Shown here: positions 1-15,784 of the stretch, in pieces
How the letters are laid out: each line of letters starts with the position of its first letter
Position numbering within the stretch: the first letter of the stretch is position 1
NCBI GenBank assembly: GCA_963693365.1
Contig: CAVNZM010000007.1
Location: 6,197,962 to 6,261,961, forward strand
Reading direction: 5' to 3'
Source: Amoebidium appalachense
Lineage: Eukaryota; Protista; Ichthyosporea
DNA: 64,000 nucleotides
Notes under the pieces: generated by a model
Database searches by the model: none
Told to the model about the DNA's origin: nothing
The model's input: the letters and a program-made list of their open reading frames with translations, nothing else
Translations under genes and position numbers: made by a program

Positions 1-1819
1 AGGAGTTTCGGGTCGGCTCACACCTGACTGATGGTTCTGGGTCATATAGTTGGCGTGGTGCGCACCTACTTGACCCCAAAGAGTTTATAAGTTAGGCCTT
101 AAAGGAGAAACTCCCTTTAAGTTCTGCTACTTTGTCTGTTGCTGTACTATTATAGTAGCATGTTAATGGGCAGGTGGGGAGGCAATGTGCATCATCAGAA
201 CCGAAACGTTTCATGACCAGCCAATCAGAAACTATTCTTGTCAGGTACACGTGCCTAGTGAGTTGGGAAGCAACGGTTGTTTCCTTTTATGGTAATGTTA
301 AGTTTGAGAAAACTTAAGTCGTCTGACAGTGGGGCCTGGGATTTCCCACGGGGAGGGTACGTGGTGGTGGTGGTGGTGGTGGTGGTGGGTGGGTGGGTGC
401 GTTGGGGAAGGGGGGGGGAGGGGGGGGGGGGGGGGGGGGGGGGAGGGGGGGGGGGAGCGGGGTGTGTGTGTGGGTGGATCGAGGGGAGATCTGGGGGTGA
501 GGAGGGGGGGGGGGGGGGGGTAGGAACGGAAGCGGGGCTCAGCTGAATCCCACCTCGAGAAGATCATTTGAGTAGTCAAGTATGATATCTGGAAAACATT
601 TACAGTGCCAGGGGAACCTGGCCGGGCACGTACTGTAACATGCTAAGGTCAAGTTCTCCGTGACTTGCATGCAGGGGGAGTCTGTGTCTTAAGGTTCTAC
701 ACTTTCAGCATGTATGACTTATAATATCATACACCTCACCATGCATACAACCCTTGTGCAACAGCACACGAATACAGTATCTGTCAGTGATTCACTGTAC
801 ATGTGTGCCCTCACACACTTTATAATTTATTGCGTGGCCGCTATAATCATTCATTGATCTGCAGTTATGTACACAATCGAATGATTCATTATTCCGTATG
901 TATCAAACATCATCCTCTGCAACTGACGACATTTCACCTAGATATCAAACCACCAGGCCAATTCAAAAATTCTAAAACTCGATCAACCGTGATGTGACTA
1001 AGATGTTAAACGATCGAACCAGATCTAATCCTAAATCGACGATCGGAAAGACACCCACCAGTCGCACCAGCATCAAAAATAACATACAAAAAGATCCGCA
1101 TGTCCCCACCCGTTCACGTAATAAATTTTCGAATCACCACAATGGCATTTCACTTGGCCCAAGGATTTCAAACCCTGCAGGCAAGAAAAAATATTCATCA
1201 CTGTGTTGCAGTGCACTTGCACCCTGAGCATTAAATATTTTTCAGGAATTTAGATGGGAATAAATCAGGGGCGCGCGCTGCGGTGTTTTCAGGACATAAT
1301 TGCACAGACCCCCAATTAAAAATCACCAATTGCCAAGCCACCCTATCTGGTGCTGCGTCTCTATGGAATAGGTATACATTCATATCAGACAGCTCAGACA
1401 CCCCTTAGAACCTTCACCAAAACATTCCAAAATCAGGGCGCACAACCCCACCCCCCCATTGAGCCTCCTTTTCCTTTTAATTTTAGGCAAGTGCAACTAC
1501 GACTGCGTAAAAATCACGGTGCAAGGCAGTTCCAAACTACCACATTTCTCAAAACAATCCTTCATACGTTATGCCCGTGGGCCAACAAGAACATAAAAAA
1601 AAACCCTGAGTCCCCACACACCTATATGCTAGGAGGGGGGACGGAGGGGAGAGGGGGGGGGGGGGGGGGGGGGATACCAAAAGTAAAAAAAAAAGTTTTA
1701 AAAAAAGGTGGTGGTGGTGGTTGAGGCATGAGGGCGGGCGGGGGGGTCGGGGGGGAGGGGGAGAGGGGGGGGGGGGGGGGGGGGAAGGGGGGGGGGGGGG
1801 GGGGGGGGGAAGGGCTTGT

Positions 1820-2258
1820 TCAAAGATTTTCTTCAGCGATACTACGGTTTCCACTGGTGGGGGGGCTCATTCGTCTCGGCAATTGTCAGGTGGATGGGCT
1901 GTGAGCTGCCCGTTGGGTCGTTGCACCCGTGGACATGCCCCCTAGTGTTCCAGGCAAGGCATCGGTTGAGACTGTCAAACCAATCGTGGCTCTGGCTGTG
2001 TTTCCTAATATGGTTAAAAAAGAAGTGTTAGTATTCGAGGAGGTGACTTTCGTCACAGAAACATAAGTTTACGAACCAATCGTGGCTCTGGATGTGTTTC
2101 CTAATATGATCGGAAGAAAGTACATGTGTTGGTATCTGTGGATAAGAATGGGAAGTGCAGCAGCTCGAAAGTTCGGTGTGTGTGTGTGTGTGTGTGTGTG
2201 TGCCAGCGTGTTGCACGTGTGTGTGTGTGTGATGGCAGTTGTGACTTAGGTGTACCTG

Positions 2259-2323
<65 letters not shown>

Positions 2324-2942
2324 CTGGTGAGTGAGTGTGGGTGGGTGGGCGGGGGAGGGGGGCGAGCGTTGGAGGGGGGGATCACATACGCGATAGTGGG
2401 CACGTAGTGAGGGGAGCATGTGATGGTGAGGGTGTCTCCCCGTCTGATCTGCTGCCGATTACGACCATCGCACGAAACCCATGCCGCATCATTGCGACTG
2501 TCCTCCTGCACAACAATCTGTGTAACGTGTGCGTGTATGTGTACGTGTGTGTGTGTACGTGTGTGTGTGTGTGTGTGTGTGTACGTCTGTGTGTGAGTAC
2601 ATGTGTGTGCGTGCGAATGTGTGTGCATGTGTGAGTAACCTCCAGGGGTAAGAGGGTGGCCACGAAAACGGAGGCTCTTAAAACAGAGAGATGTGTGTGT
2701 GGGAGAAAGGGGGGGAAAGGTGAAGCAGAGAGTAGGCAGGGGGCGGGCGGGCAGGCAGGCGGGGGGAGGGGGGGGGGGGGGGGGGGAGGGATGTACACTT
2801 AAGTGGTTGGAACATGGGAACAAAGACCTAAGAAAAACAGCAAAAGATATAAATCACTCAACCGACACCAAAGCAACTGTGCCCACGCGGGAGGAGGGGA
2901 GGGTGGGTTGGTGTGTGTGTATATGTGTGTGCGTGTATTGGT

Positions 2943-2975
<33 letters not shown>

Positions 2976-4106
2976 TGAAGGGGCCGGGTTCGGAAATCGA
3001 AAAGAATCCGAGTATGGGAAGGGGGCACACACATGTGTGTGAGGTGTGGAAGTGTGGGCACCTTGAGTTCGATGGACTCTGGCAATATGAGGGGCCGGAA
3101 AGAGAGGGTGTGGGGGCAGATGGGAGTCACAAGGATGCCCGGCACAGTCGGGTGCGCCATGGAACCCCCTGCTGACAGAGAGTAGGCCGTGCTATGCGAA
3201 ACATGGTGTCATTTTCAGGTTTGAAACCCCCCCCCCCCCCCCCCCCAAAAAAAGGGGGGGGGGGGGGGGAAGAGTATAAAATAAAATAAACATGACATAG
3301 AGAAATATATAACCTTAATATAAAATAAAATGATAATCAAAAACAAAAACAAAAAAACCACGAAAAAAAAGAAAGGGGGGCGCAAGAGCAAAAACATACC
3401 CTCAGCTGCTACGACATACCATCACCAAACCAGATCAGCCCCCCCCCCCTCCCCCCCCCCCCCCCCCCACACACACGCATACACGCACAAATCCTCCCAG
3501 CATACACCCCACGCTCTTGACAACACACAAAAGCCACCAAATCAGAAAACCACACCCCTTCCGGTGGGTTTTGAGACCATGGACGGCTTCCCCCCCCCCC
3601 CCCCCCCCCCTAACTCTCCCTCTCCCGTCCCCCCCCCCCCCCCCCCCCCCCTCGTCCCCTGCCCCCGATTTGCACCTACTCTTGGCACAGATACAGCCAC
3701 CAAATAAGCACACACGCACATGCACACACACACATACACCTTCCCGTAGGTGCAGCAATAATGAAGCTGTTTATGTCCACCCTCCTCCCCGCTCCCCCTC
3801 CCTCCCCCCCCCCCCCCCCCAAAAAAAAAAAAAAAAAAAAAAAAAAACACACCCACCCACCCACACACCCACACACCTTCCCGTGGGTGTAGCAACAATC
3901 ACACCGTCTGCCTGTACGGATGTGATGTGCCTGCCATCCACATACAGGTCCAGGGTGCTGAGGTAGGGCGATGGCCCACGGTCTACCACTACTTCGTTCA
4001 GTGCTAGGAACGTGTCGCGCGGAGTCTCACCCGTTCGCTGCGGGGGAAAATTTTTTTTAAAAAAAATAAAAACTAAAAAAATAGAAAAAAGAAACACAGA
4101 AAAAAG

Positions 4107-4145
<39 letters not shown>

Positions 4146-4562
4146 GGGGGGGGGGGGGGGGGGGGAGAACAAAGCGAGTCAAAAAGGCCTCATGCAAGAC
4201 TCAATACGGATCCCCGGGGCGAGGGGGGGAGGGGGGAGGGGGGGAGGAGAGAGAAGGGAGGGGAGGTAATGACACAGACCCAGCCACACCAAGATGATGG
4301 CATGTACTTTCTATAAGGGAATAGCCCAGCCGTAGGCTTATTCTTTTTTCAATGGTCCTGCAGCCGTATCTCTTTGGCTTTTAAGCGTGATGTTTCTTCC
4401 ACACACGTTGATACAAAAAAAAAACAAACAAACAAACAAACAAACAAACAAACAAAAAACCAACACAGACATGCGCAGCAGGAACATTGCTTTTCTCACT
4501 TGTCGTTTCCCCATTTCCCTCTATGTGCATTTCATCTTCCTTTTCGCTCCCAATCTAATCCA

Positions 4563-4606
<44 letters not shown>

Positions 4607-5242
4607 AGTCCATTCACTTCCGATTCCCTCCAGGCTCCCAATCCATGTCATTTCATTTCGATTTCATTCCCCCCAAATCCAATTCAGTTCTGTTTTCCTC
4701 CAAGTCCATTCCATTTTCATTTCCCTCTCAGTGCATTTAATTTACGTTTCCCTCCCAATTCATTACAATTTCATTCTCCGCCAAAACCATTTCACTTCCG
4801 TTTTTCTCCAAATCCAAACCATGTTCAATTCACGCCCAGTCCATTTCAATCTCGTTTAACCCCCCAATCCATTTCAATCTCGTTTCACCCCCAGTCCATT
4901 CCCTACCGTTTTCAAATAGATAGTGTCGTGGTCTGTCTCCCCGTTACGGGGGCCTGCCCTCTGTATGCTGCACTGCATGCGCATACGCAGCGTCACAGAA
5001 AATCCCCCATTTAGCACTCCCTGGATGTACCTGCACATACACATAAGAACCCCACTCCGTCAGAAAAATACACGATACCCCTCAACAGTGTGCTTGACAG
5101 GATGGTGGGGGGGGTAGGGGTGTATGCAAGCGTGTACGAGTGTGTGTTCGTGCACGTGTATGTGTGTGTCTGTGCAGTGGGATGTGGGCCGGTGGTGGTG
5201 GGAGGTGGCAAGGAGTTAACTTCCCTCTACTAACCACACCAT

Positions 5243-5274
<32 letters not shown>

Positions 5275-5472
5275 TTAACAGTTATTCAGAGGGCAGAAAA
5301 TTAAGCTTTCCGGGAAGGCGGGGAAGGGGAAGGGGGGGGGGGGGGAGGGGGGGGGGGACTTACTTCTTGTAGTTACGGAACTCGAAGGGAGTCAGAAAGC
5401 CAAGCGAACCAAGATGGAAGGAGAGGACTGGGGGATGGTATTCCTGGAACAGAGAGGACACGTACAGAATGG

Positions 5473-5517
<45 letters not shown>

Positions 5518-5603
5518 CGTGCGTGTGCGTGCGTGTGTGTGTGTGTGCAAGTGCATGTGTGTGTGTGTGTGTGTGTGTGTGCGTGCATGTGTGCATGTGT
5601 GCG

Positions 5604-5637
<34 letters not shown>

Positions 5638-7647
5638 CGTTCGTGTGTGTGTGGGGAAGGGGGACAGGGGGGTGAGCGGAGCGTGCACTTCCATTACCGT
5701 ATAGAATATACGGTAAGCAGAGTACACGTGAATCAATTTTTAATTTCGGTCCAATCTCCTCTATGACTATCTGCAAATCCTACACTACCCCCATCCACTT
5801 ATTTCTCCCTTCAGGCTCAAAGATAAAAGCTACAACTTTGCCCCCAATTCAGCCCTTCCTTAGAATAAGTGATACCGTACGTAAGCACTCGACCCAATTG
5901 CCCAATATATTTTACAAGAGTATTCCGAGTGATGCAGGACAGTTCAAGAATGAACCGCGTAGTTGATTCTTCAGTATCATCGACAGTACACAACAGACCT
6001 GTTTCATCCAACCTGAATCATCTTGCGTGCGCATGCCTCTCTCCCTCCCTCCCTCTCTCCCTCTCTCTGTGTGTCGTGAGTGTGTGTGTGTGTGTGCATG
6101 TGTACATGCGTGTGTGTGCGCGTGTGCATACGTGTGCGCGCATGCATCCGTGCGTGTGCGTGCCTGCATGTGTGTACGTATGTGTGTGACTATAAACCTG
6201 AGAACACAGGAGACACGTACCCGTCACCACCCAGGCACACAATCAGATCAATTGACCTCTTCATGGCCTCATCGTCTTGGTCAAAACACTGTAGGTTGGA
6301 TAGAACGTCCTTCTCGAAGATGTGCTCTTCGTCAAATACCTATAAGGTGCATTGTGGGGAGTGAAACATGGTGAGTGGGGTTGGGGTGTAAGGGATTCCA
6401 TGTGTTTGTGTCCGTGTGTGTGTGTGTGTGTGTGTGTGTGGAGGGGGGGGGGGGGGGGGGGTATGGGATGCATGTGTGTGTGTGTGCGTGTGTGTCCGTG
6501 TGTGTGTGTATATGTGGGCGTTTGCGCACACCCACACGTGTGTTTGTAGCGTGTGTGTGTATGTATATGTGTAGGGCACCGGGGGGCGGGGGGGGGGAGG
6601 AGGAGTGCATTTTTTTTTTGGGGGGGGGGGGGGGGTGAAACTGATGCGCAACTGAATTTGCCAAATTCCATTATATATGGGCTGGGCTCATCTCTATGCG
6701 GTGTTATTAAACTTAAATATTTTCTGCACGTCCAGTTCTTTTGTCTGCCTATTGGTTGCTGCTTATAATTTGATACGTACGTGTGGCACGGATCCACAAT
6801 CGTGCATTTGGATCTGAGAGAGATGTCATAGTAAGGCATGTGCGTGCTTGTGCACATGTGTCGCCTCTGTAAGTGTTTCGTCTGTGTGCCTGTGTACCCT
6901 GGACTGCATGTCAATTCACGTGCATGTGTATTTGTGTGCACCCCTATGTGTGTGTGCCCGGGTGTGTGGGTGCGCACTTGTAAGTGTGTGAACACGTGTG
7001 TGTTGGTACGTGCGGGTGTGCATGTGTGCGTACCTGTGTGTGTACATGTGTGTGTGTGTGTGTGTGTACCTGTGTGTGTACAAGTGTGTGTGTGTGTGTG
7101 CGTACCTGTGTGTGTACATGTGTGTGTGTGTGTGCGCGTACCTGTGTGTGTACATGTGTGTGTGTGTGCGCGTACCTGTGTGTGTACATGTGCGTGTGTG
7201 CGCGCACGTACCTGTGTGTGTACATGTGTGTGTGTGTGCGCGCGTACCTGTGTGTACATGTGTGTGTGTGTGTGCGCGTACCTGTGTGTGTACATGTGTG
7301 TGTGTGTGCGCGCGTACCTGTGTGTGTACATGTGTGTGTGTGTGTGCGCCCGTACCTGTGTGTGTACATGTGTGTGTGTGTGTGTGCGTACCTGTGTGTG
7401 TACATGTGTGTGTGTGTGTGTGCGTACCTGTGTGCGTACATGTGTGTGTGTGTGTGCGTACCTGTGTGTGTACGTGTGTGTGTGTGTGTGTGCGTACCTG
7501 TGTGCGTACATGTGTGTGTGTGTGTGTGCGTACCTGTGTGTGTGTACATGTGTGTGTGTGTGTGTCCACGTACCGATGGCTCGACATAGATAGTCAGGTC
7601 TGCCTTGGTCAGATACGCCACCATACTCTGCCCCCAGCCACAGTTAG

Positions 7648-7701
<54 letters not shown>

Positions 7702-8015
7702 TACCCCCCCCCTCTTTTTTCCCCTTCTTCCCCTGCTGCATTCTCAGCCCAAAAGTAACTTTTCCCTCTTCCAACCTTCCTGTAAAAGAAATCCCCCCGT
7801 CATATCGAACCCCCCTCCCCCCCCCCCCCTTCCACACCCTTCCCAGCCAAACACTCAGGCTAAGAAAAAAAGGTTCCCTCCCCCTCTCCCCCCCCCCCCC
7901 CCCTCCCCCCCTCCAGAGAGGAGACATGTGCAGAAAGTGGGAGAGAAAAAGAAAGGGGGGAGGGGGAGGGGAAGAAGCAGGGGGCAGGGAGAGGGGGAGG
8001 GGGAAGGGAAGGGTG

Positions 8016-8046
<31 letters not shown>

Positions 8047-8281
8047 AGGGGGGGGGGGGGGGGGAAGGAAGAAGTCAGAATATGGTACACAGTTCCACAG
8101 CGGACAACCCAACCCAGACTTGTGTGGAAGAGGAAGGAGGGGTGGGTGGGCGGGTCTGTGGATGGGTGGGTGGTGGTGGCGGTAGCGGTAGCGGTGGCGT
8201 GTGTGTGTGTATGTGTGTTGAGGGGGGTGAGAGGAAGGGGAAAAGAGGGGGGGCAGGGGGGGGGGGGGGGGGAGGGTTTGG

Positions 8282-8330
<49 letters not shown>

Positions 8331-9216
8331 GTGTTACCTTCATATACATGCTGATCTGGGGGCTGTTCCATTTCTTGATCACAAGCACCCGTTTTGGAGT
8401 CTTAGACCACACCATGCGCATCGTTGTAAGATCCTTGACTACTTTCCTGGAGGAGGGGGTGGATGTCAGGTATTCGATTAAGGGTGGTGGGAGGGATTGG
8501 AAAAAGGAAAAGATTACATGCAACATAGAGGTAAAGTGCCGCAAAACTATCACCTCACCTGGGGCCTTTCAAAAGAGTTTGTACGGAAGGGGAGAGGGTG
8601 GTGGGTGTGTGCGTGTGTGTTTGTGTTGGAGGGTGTGTGTGTGTGTGTGTGTGTGGGGGGGGGGGGGGGAGGGGGGGGGGGGGGGGGAGAGGGAGAGAGA
8701 GGGAGAGGGAGAGGGAGAAAGAGGGAGGAAGGGGAGAGAGAGAGAGAGTGTGTGTGTGTGTGCGTGTGTGGGCAGGGGTGACGAGGGGAAGAATGACAGG
8801 AAGGGGGGGGAGGGGGGGAGGGGGAAGGGGGAAGGAGAGGCCAGGGGGAGAGAGGAGGGAGATATAGAGAAGAGGGTGAGAAGAGAGAGTGAGAGAGTAC
8901 AGCACAACACGACAAAGCAGCAACATACATTTAACATGTAGAAAAAGAGAGAGAGAGAGGGGGGGGGGGGGGGAGGGGGCAGGGGAGGGGGGAGGGGGGT
9001 TGGCTAGTACCTCATATTCATTGCTCTCTTGTTGAGAACATCCACGGCCCTGTTGGTCAATTGTCAGCTCCCCCCAGCCATGTGTCCTATAAAGCACAAA
9101 CACTTAGACTTATACCCCATATCGTCTTGCTCTTCTATTACGCGACGTCTCTATATTTCTACTCTTGGTACAACTCTTCGTCCTTTTCTTATTTCTCTTT
9201 TCTCTCTCTCTCTTTC

Positions 9217-9258
<42 letters not shown>

Positions 9259-10132
9259 ACTCCCCCACTTGTGTTTGTGGTGGTGGTCGTAGTTTTGAGT
9301 GTGCTTGTGTTATCGAATCGACGACCCCCTCCTCCCCCCCCCCCCCCCCCCCCCCCCTCCTCCCCGCGCCCCGCCCCGCCAGGTTAACATTGAGATCAGC
9401 AAGGTACTTCTTCCAAACACACCTTGTGCCCCACTACACGTCAAAGAGTACCCCACTCTGTGACCCTAATCACGTTTAACATTCTGGACCCACTTCCGCC
9501 CCCCTAAATTTCTGTCCGTTAACAGGGTGCAACCTTACACCCCACACGCGACATCCCCCCCCCCCCCCCCCCCCCCCCTTCCTCCCCATGCACACACACC
9601 CACACACCTACACACCCACACACACCTTAATTTGGGTGTCTCCACAGACCCCTCATCAATCGGCTGAAGGGACGAGCCAGGGCTGTGTGCACTGCAAGAT
9701 AAATAAGCAGATAAATAGATGACGTAACTTAGAATCAATCAATCAATATATTAACACCTCCGATTTTTATTTTTTTTTTTTGGGGGGGGGGGGGGGGGGT
9801 AGGGGGAGGGGGGGGGGGGGGGGGTGGCGTCCCCTCGTCACCCGTGCCTCCTCTACCGATTTTGCATACTGGGAATAGAGGGAAACGGGGAGACGGTCCC
9901 CGGCAGAAAGGGTGGGCACAGGGGGAGGGGGGAGGGGGGAGGGGGGGGAGGGTTGACACCCACTAAACCACTGACCTAACAAGACAATGTTTGGCTGCAG
10001 CTGCTTATATAAAAGGATAACACATGCTTCGACATGCAACACGTTCACATACACACACACACGACACGTGCCATCCCCCCGCCACCCCTCCTCGCGACCG
10101 CCCATCACCACTACCTTAAACGCATACACGCA

Positions 10133-10214
<82 letters not shown>

Positions 10215-10722
10215 ACAGTTCCATGGCCACGAGTGAAGGGCACGACATCACCCTCATGTAGTCACACCCATCTCCCGTGGTAAGCCCTTCGGGAGATGGA
10301 CTGGCCGGGCCTGAAGAGAAAAATAAATAAATAAACAAATAAACAAATAAATAAACAAATAAATAAGGGATAAAGATACAAGATTAAAAAGAATCAAGAT
10401 GATTGGTATTAGCTACCAAGGAAAGAAACGCTGAAGGCTAATGTGCTGACCTAAAAAGCCCGTATCATGCTCCATCCAGGATCTATGTCAGTTCAAAAAA
10501 ATTAGGTGGATGCTTGCCTTGGGTATAGCATCATAAACTGTGTGTGGCCAATCAAATTAGAGCCGTGAGATGTGCTCCTGTATGCACCGTCCGTCCGTCC
10601 GTCCGTGTGTGTGTGTGCGTGTGTGCGATTTAGAGAGCGCGTGTCTATCGGCCCACGTGTGCAAGTGGTGTGCGCCTATACACCCTTCTCCGCATGCTAC
10701 ATCGCCTGCAGGCAGGCAACCC

Positions 10723-10754
<32 letters not shown>

Positions 10755-11577
10755 TGTGTGTGTAGGCCCTCCCACACGTACATGCAATAGCCCTTCCTTT
10801 GCCCGCATGCACACGCACACATCAACATACATCTGTGCACATTCACATACATATATACACGTTGTGTGGTGTTCATACATCTATCCACATTCACGTACAT
10901 ATACACATATGTCTATACATCTGCCTGCATGCACACACCCTTATTGCACGGGCTGTCTATCTCGCTTGCAGCAGGTGATATGCCCAGCCTTTCATGTGCC
11001 TCATGGGTGAGACGGAGCAGCCGGTCCACCATGTACTCAGTTTTCGGGTCGAGATCTGGGTCGGGTCAAGGCATGATTATAAACCTTCAAATCGGGTTGA
11101 GATAGATTCTTATGGTTATATTTGAAGACGCTCCTCTCACAAAATGCAGCTAGGCTATGTAGAGCCACACCTATGACTTCCCCAACCCCCCCCCCCCCCC
11201 CCCCTTCCCCCCCCCCCCCCCCCCCCCCCCCCCCTTCCCCCCCCCCCCCCCCCCCTTCAAGCCCTCCTACTCCACTCCCCCCTCCCGGGGCCCCACCCCC
11301 TTTCCCCTACCCCTCTCTCCTAAACTTTAACAGAAATACATGGGTATCAAAAATCAACAATGATAAAGCATATGTGGGACACCATATGCCATGAGAAAAT
11401 GAAAAAAAGGGAGGGAAAGGGATGGAAGAAGGGGAAATTAGTGGGACAATGGGCGAGGTGCGGGAGAAGGTGAAAGAAAGCAAAAGAGCAGGGCGGGGGG
11501 GGGGAGGTGGGGTGCGGTTGGCAAAAACGCATGAGCACACACGTGGACGCACGCACGCACGCACGCACACACACAAG

Positions 11578-11631
<54 letters not shown>

Positions 11632-11748
11632 GGTAGTCAGCAGCAGGGTTTTAAGCAGTGGCCTAAGGGCTGGCAGCAGCTCCTCCAGGACGGCTGCATG
11701 CTGGCACGGACCCTCACACCCAGCCCCAGCCGTGGCACTGCCTCCAGC
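1820..11748 (-). CDS. NADK: NAD kinase (multi-exon; 5' end uncertain, may extend to ~12450)
   Basis: Spliced exons give NADK motifs: [11 protein letters not shown] (~8340-8450), [11 protein letters not shown]|TILYVSSLF...[16 protein letters not shown] (~6221-6345, ~5363-5474), VTLRMRM (~4906-5030), [17 protein letters not shown]...[13 protein letters not shown] (3877-4037), [15 protein letters not shown]...[16 protein letters not shown] (3062-3191), [13 protein letters not shown] (2390-~2517), [13 protein letters not shown] to stop TGA at 1820-1822. In-phase GT-AG N-terminal exons at ~9010-9090, ~9627-9692, ~10217-10310, ~10938-11055 and ~11632-11748. Confidence 0.93.
4606..4902. repeat. degenerate CCATT(T)C-rich tandem repeat in an NADK intron
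   Basis: Recurring units such as ccagtccatttcaatctcgtttaaccc / ccaatccatttcaatctcgtttcaccc. Confidence 0.6.
7022..7565. repeat. minisatellite, 15 units of ~34-38 bp, GTACCTGTGTGTGTACATGTG(TG)n
   Basis: 15 occurrences of TACCTGTGTG counted directly, each followed by GTACA/GTACG and (TG)n. Confidence 0.9.
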
Positions 11749-13526
11749 CTGAACAAACCAGGGGTACAGAATTAATAATACACTAAATACAATATCGATA
11801 ATATATAAGTGTATAAAAACATTATCATGTACCGCTAATGCGCGTGGTGCTCTGGAAATACCGAGGGCACTATCTATAAATAGTGATCAGGCAGGTGGTT
11901 TACTGCTCGACTACGAAGCGAGGGGAGTGAAGGAGGTGAAGGGGGTCGTCACATAGGCGCACACAGGCAGGCGGGCGCCTGGGGGGGAGGGAGGGGGGGG
12001 GGGGGAGGGAGGGAAACTAGCAGTCTCTGTTCTACAACATGTTGGCAGTGCTGGTGGTGTTGGTGGTCGATGAGCGGAGAGCCGAGGGGGGGGGGGGGGG
12101 GGGGGGGGAGGGGAGGGGGGACTGTGGGTCGAATGAACTCGGGAGAATGTAAAAAAAAAGAGAACGAAGGAAGGGGACAAAGGGGGGTTTTTTTTCGCCG
12201 ACCATGTGCCTACATGAACAGGCTCCTCTCCCACCTTCTAGACACTCACAACACTCATCAAACGGACGAAGCAAAGAAACATTGTTCGTGTGAGCACGAT
12301 CTAACCAGGGATGATCGCATGTGTGAACGCTCCACTACACCCATAACCACTGTATCTGATCCCCCTAGAGAACTCTGTGTTTTTTGCTCATAGGTGCAAC
12401 TTCCGTATGGCACCACAAAAAAAAAGACATCGCACTTTGCTGCAAGCTCAGTCACATACCTTATTTATCATTTTCTCTCGTAATGATCTCCTTTTAGTGC
12501 AGGTTTTCATTGATCAGAGGTCGAATCAGAATGACCATGCCCACTTATGGCAATGTACGTTCAAATCGTTAATTACAGAGAGCATCTGTAGAAAAAAACA
12601 AAAGGGCCTGTATCGTTGGGCGCTGATTATACGTTGCTTGAAGTCAAGGTAGCCGAAAAGGAAAGAGGTGATTGGCCTTGTGTCGAGGTATAGGATGAAT
12701 TGGGGAATAAGGGATTCTTGGTTTGTTCGAGATATCAAAGACTATTAACATTCAACTACCGAACGCCGTTTTTATAGGTCGTAGATTTGTGCGAGAAGTC
12801 ACATTTGGTAAGTAAACTGCATTAAACACTAACATCCAAGACGGTGCACTCCTGGGACTTCCAAAACGAGTCCCAAAAACGTGATAATGGCACCACTCAA
12901 AGCAGCTTATATACCGGCACACCATCTCCGAAACAACCAATCAAAACGATGCTAATTGATCTCTGCAGATTCTCAAGATGAGTCAAGAAGTCCAACAAAT
13001 GTGTACATGTTTGCCTTTTACATGCCACAAAAATATTCTACTTAGCAATAAATTTGCAACATAGATATATGATAACGTTATTTTTTCGTGGTACTATAGC
13101 TGTTGAGTATGAGTTTTTGTTATAATCGTGTTGATGACATAACATGTTTACCGCAGGTGGCTCATGGTTATTGAAAATACGGCCCCAAGATGCTCTATTT
13201 AGTTAGATACTATTCGCTCAACAAAAATCAAAATAACCATACAAAGCTACTAAAAGCTGGTACTGGTTATAACTGCTTTAGGATCACACAATACTTTTGT
13301 CAAAGCAGACTGATTGGCTGAACACTGGCTGGCCGAATTCAAAACGCATTGGCTGGCGTGATCTCCCTCGTTCCTCAACCTTGTGGGGCTTTTGCAATGG
13401 ACGGGACTCAAAATTCTCTTTTAACAAGTATGTACTCCTACCACATTTTCACAATTTAAACTTTAAACACCCCTTTTTCTGATGCTGTGGGGCCGGCCCC
13501 GTGATCACGGTGGCCCGGCCGGCGGG

Positions 13527-15268
<1,742 letters not shown>

Positions 15269-15409
15269 CCGGCGGGCCCGGCCGCATGCAACGGTCACAG
15301 AAAACGGTTTCAAGGTCTCAATTCAGGCCTACAATGGCCTGTGTTTGCATGTACATCAGGGCCTCCAAAGACATAACCATTCGCGCGCGTTATGTAGACT
15401 TCTTCCACT

Positions 15410-15745
15410 ATGGTTGTGTTCACAGAAGAGCTCCTAGATCTCATATTCATCCACCTAAATGCACACACACTCGTGCATGTGTGCCTTGGTGTGTGTAGAG
15501 CATGGGGTAGGGCGGCACACAGAGCTCGCCTGCCTCCTACACGTGTGCGTTCAGAATACATACAGAAGGTACTTGATGCACCCCGGCTCAGCCAAACATT
15601 GAACTGCGCTGTGATTGATTACGTTGGTGCTCCATAATGACCCCCCCCCCCCTCCCCCCTGCCCTCCGCCCCCCCCTTCTGCACGCTTCCTGAGCTCTCC
15701 CACCATACTCTATGTCGTTTTTTCTCTCACTGCCTCTTTTCTCAC

Positions 15746-15784
<39 letters not shown>

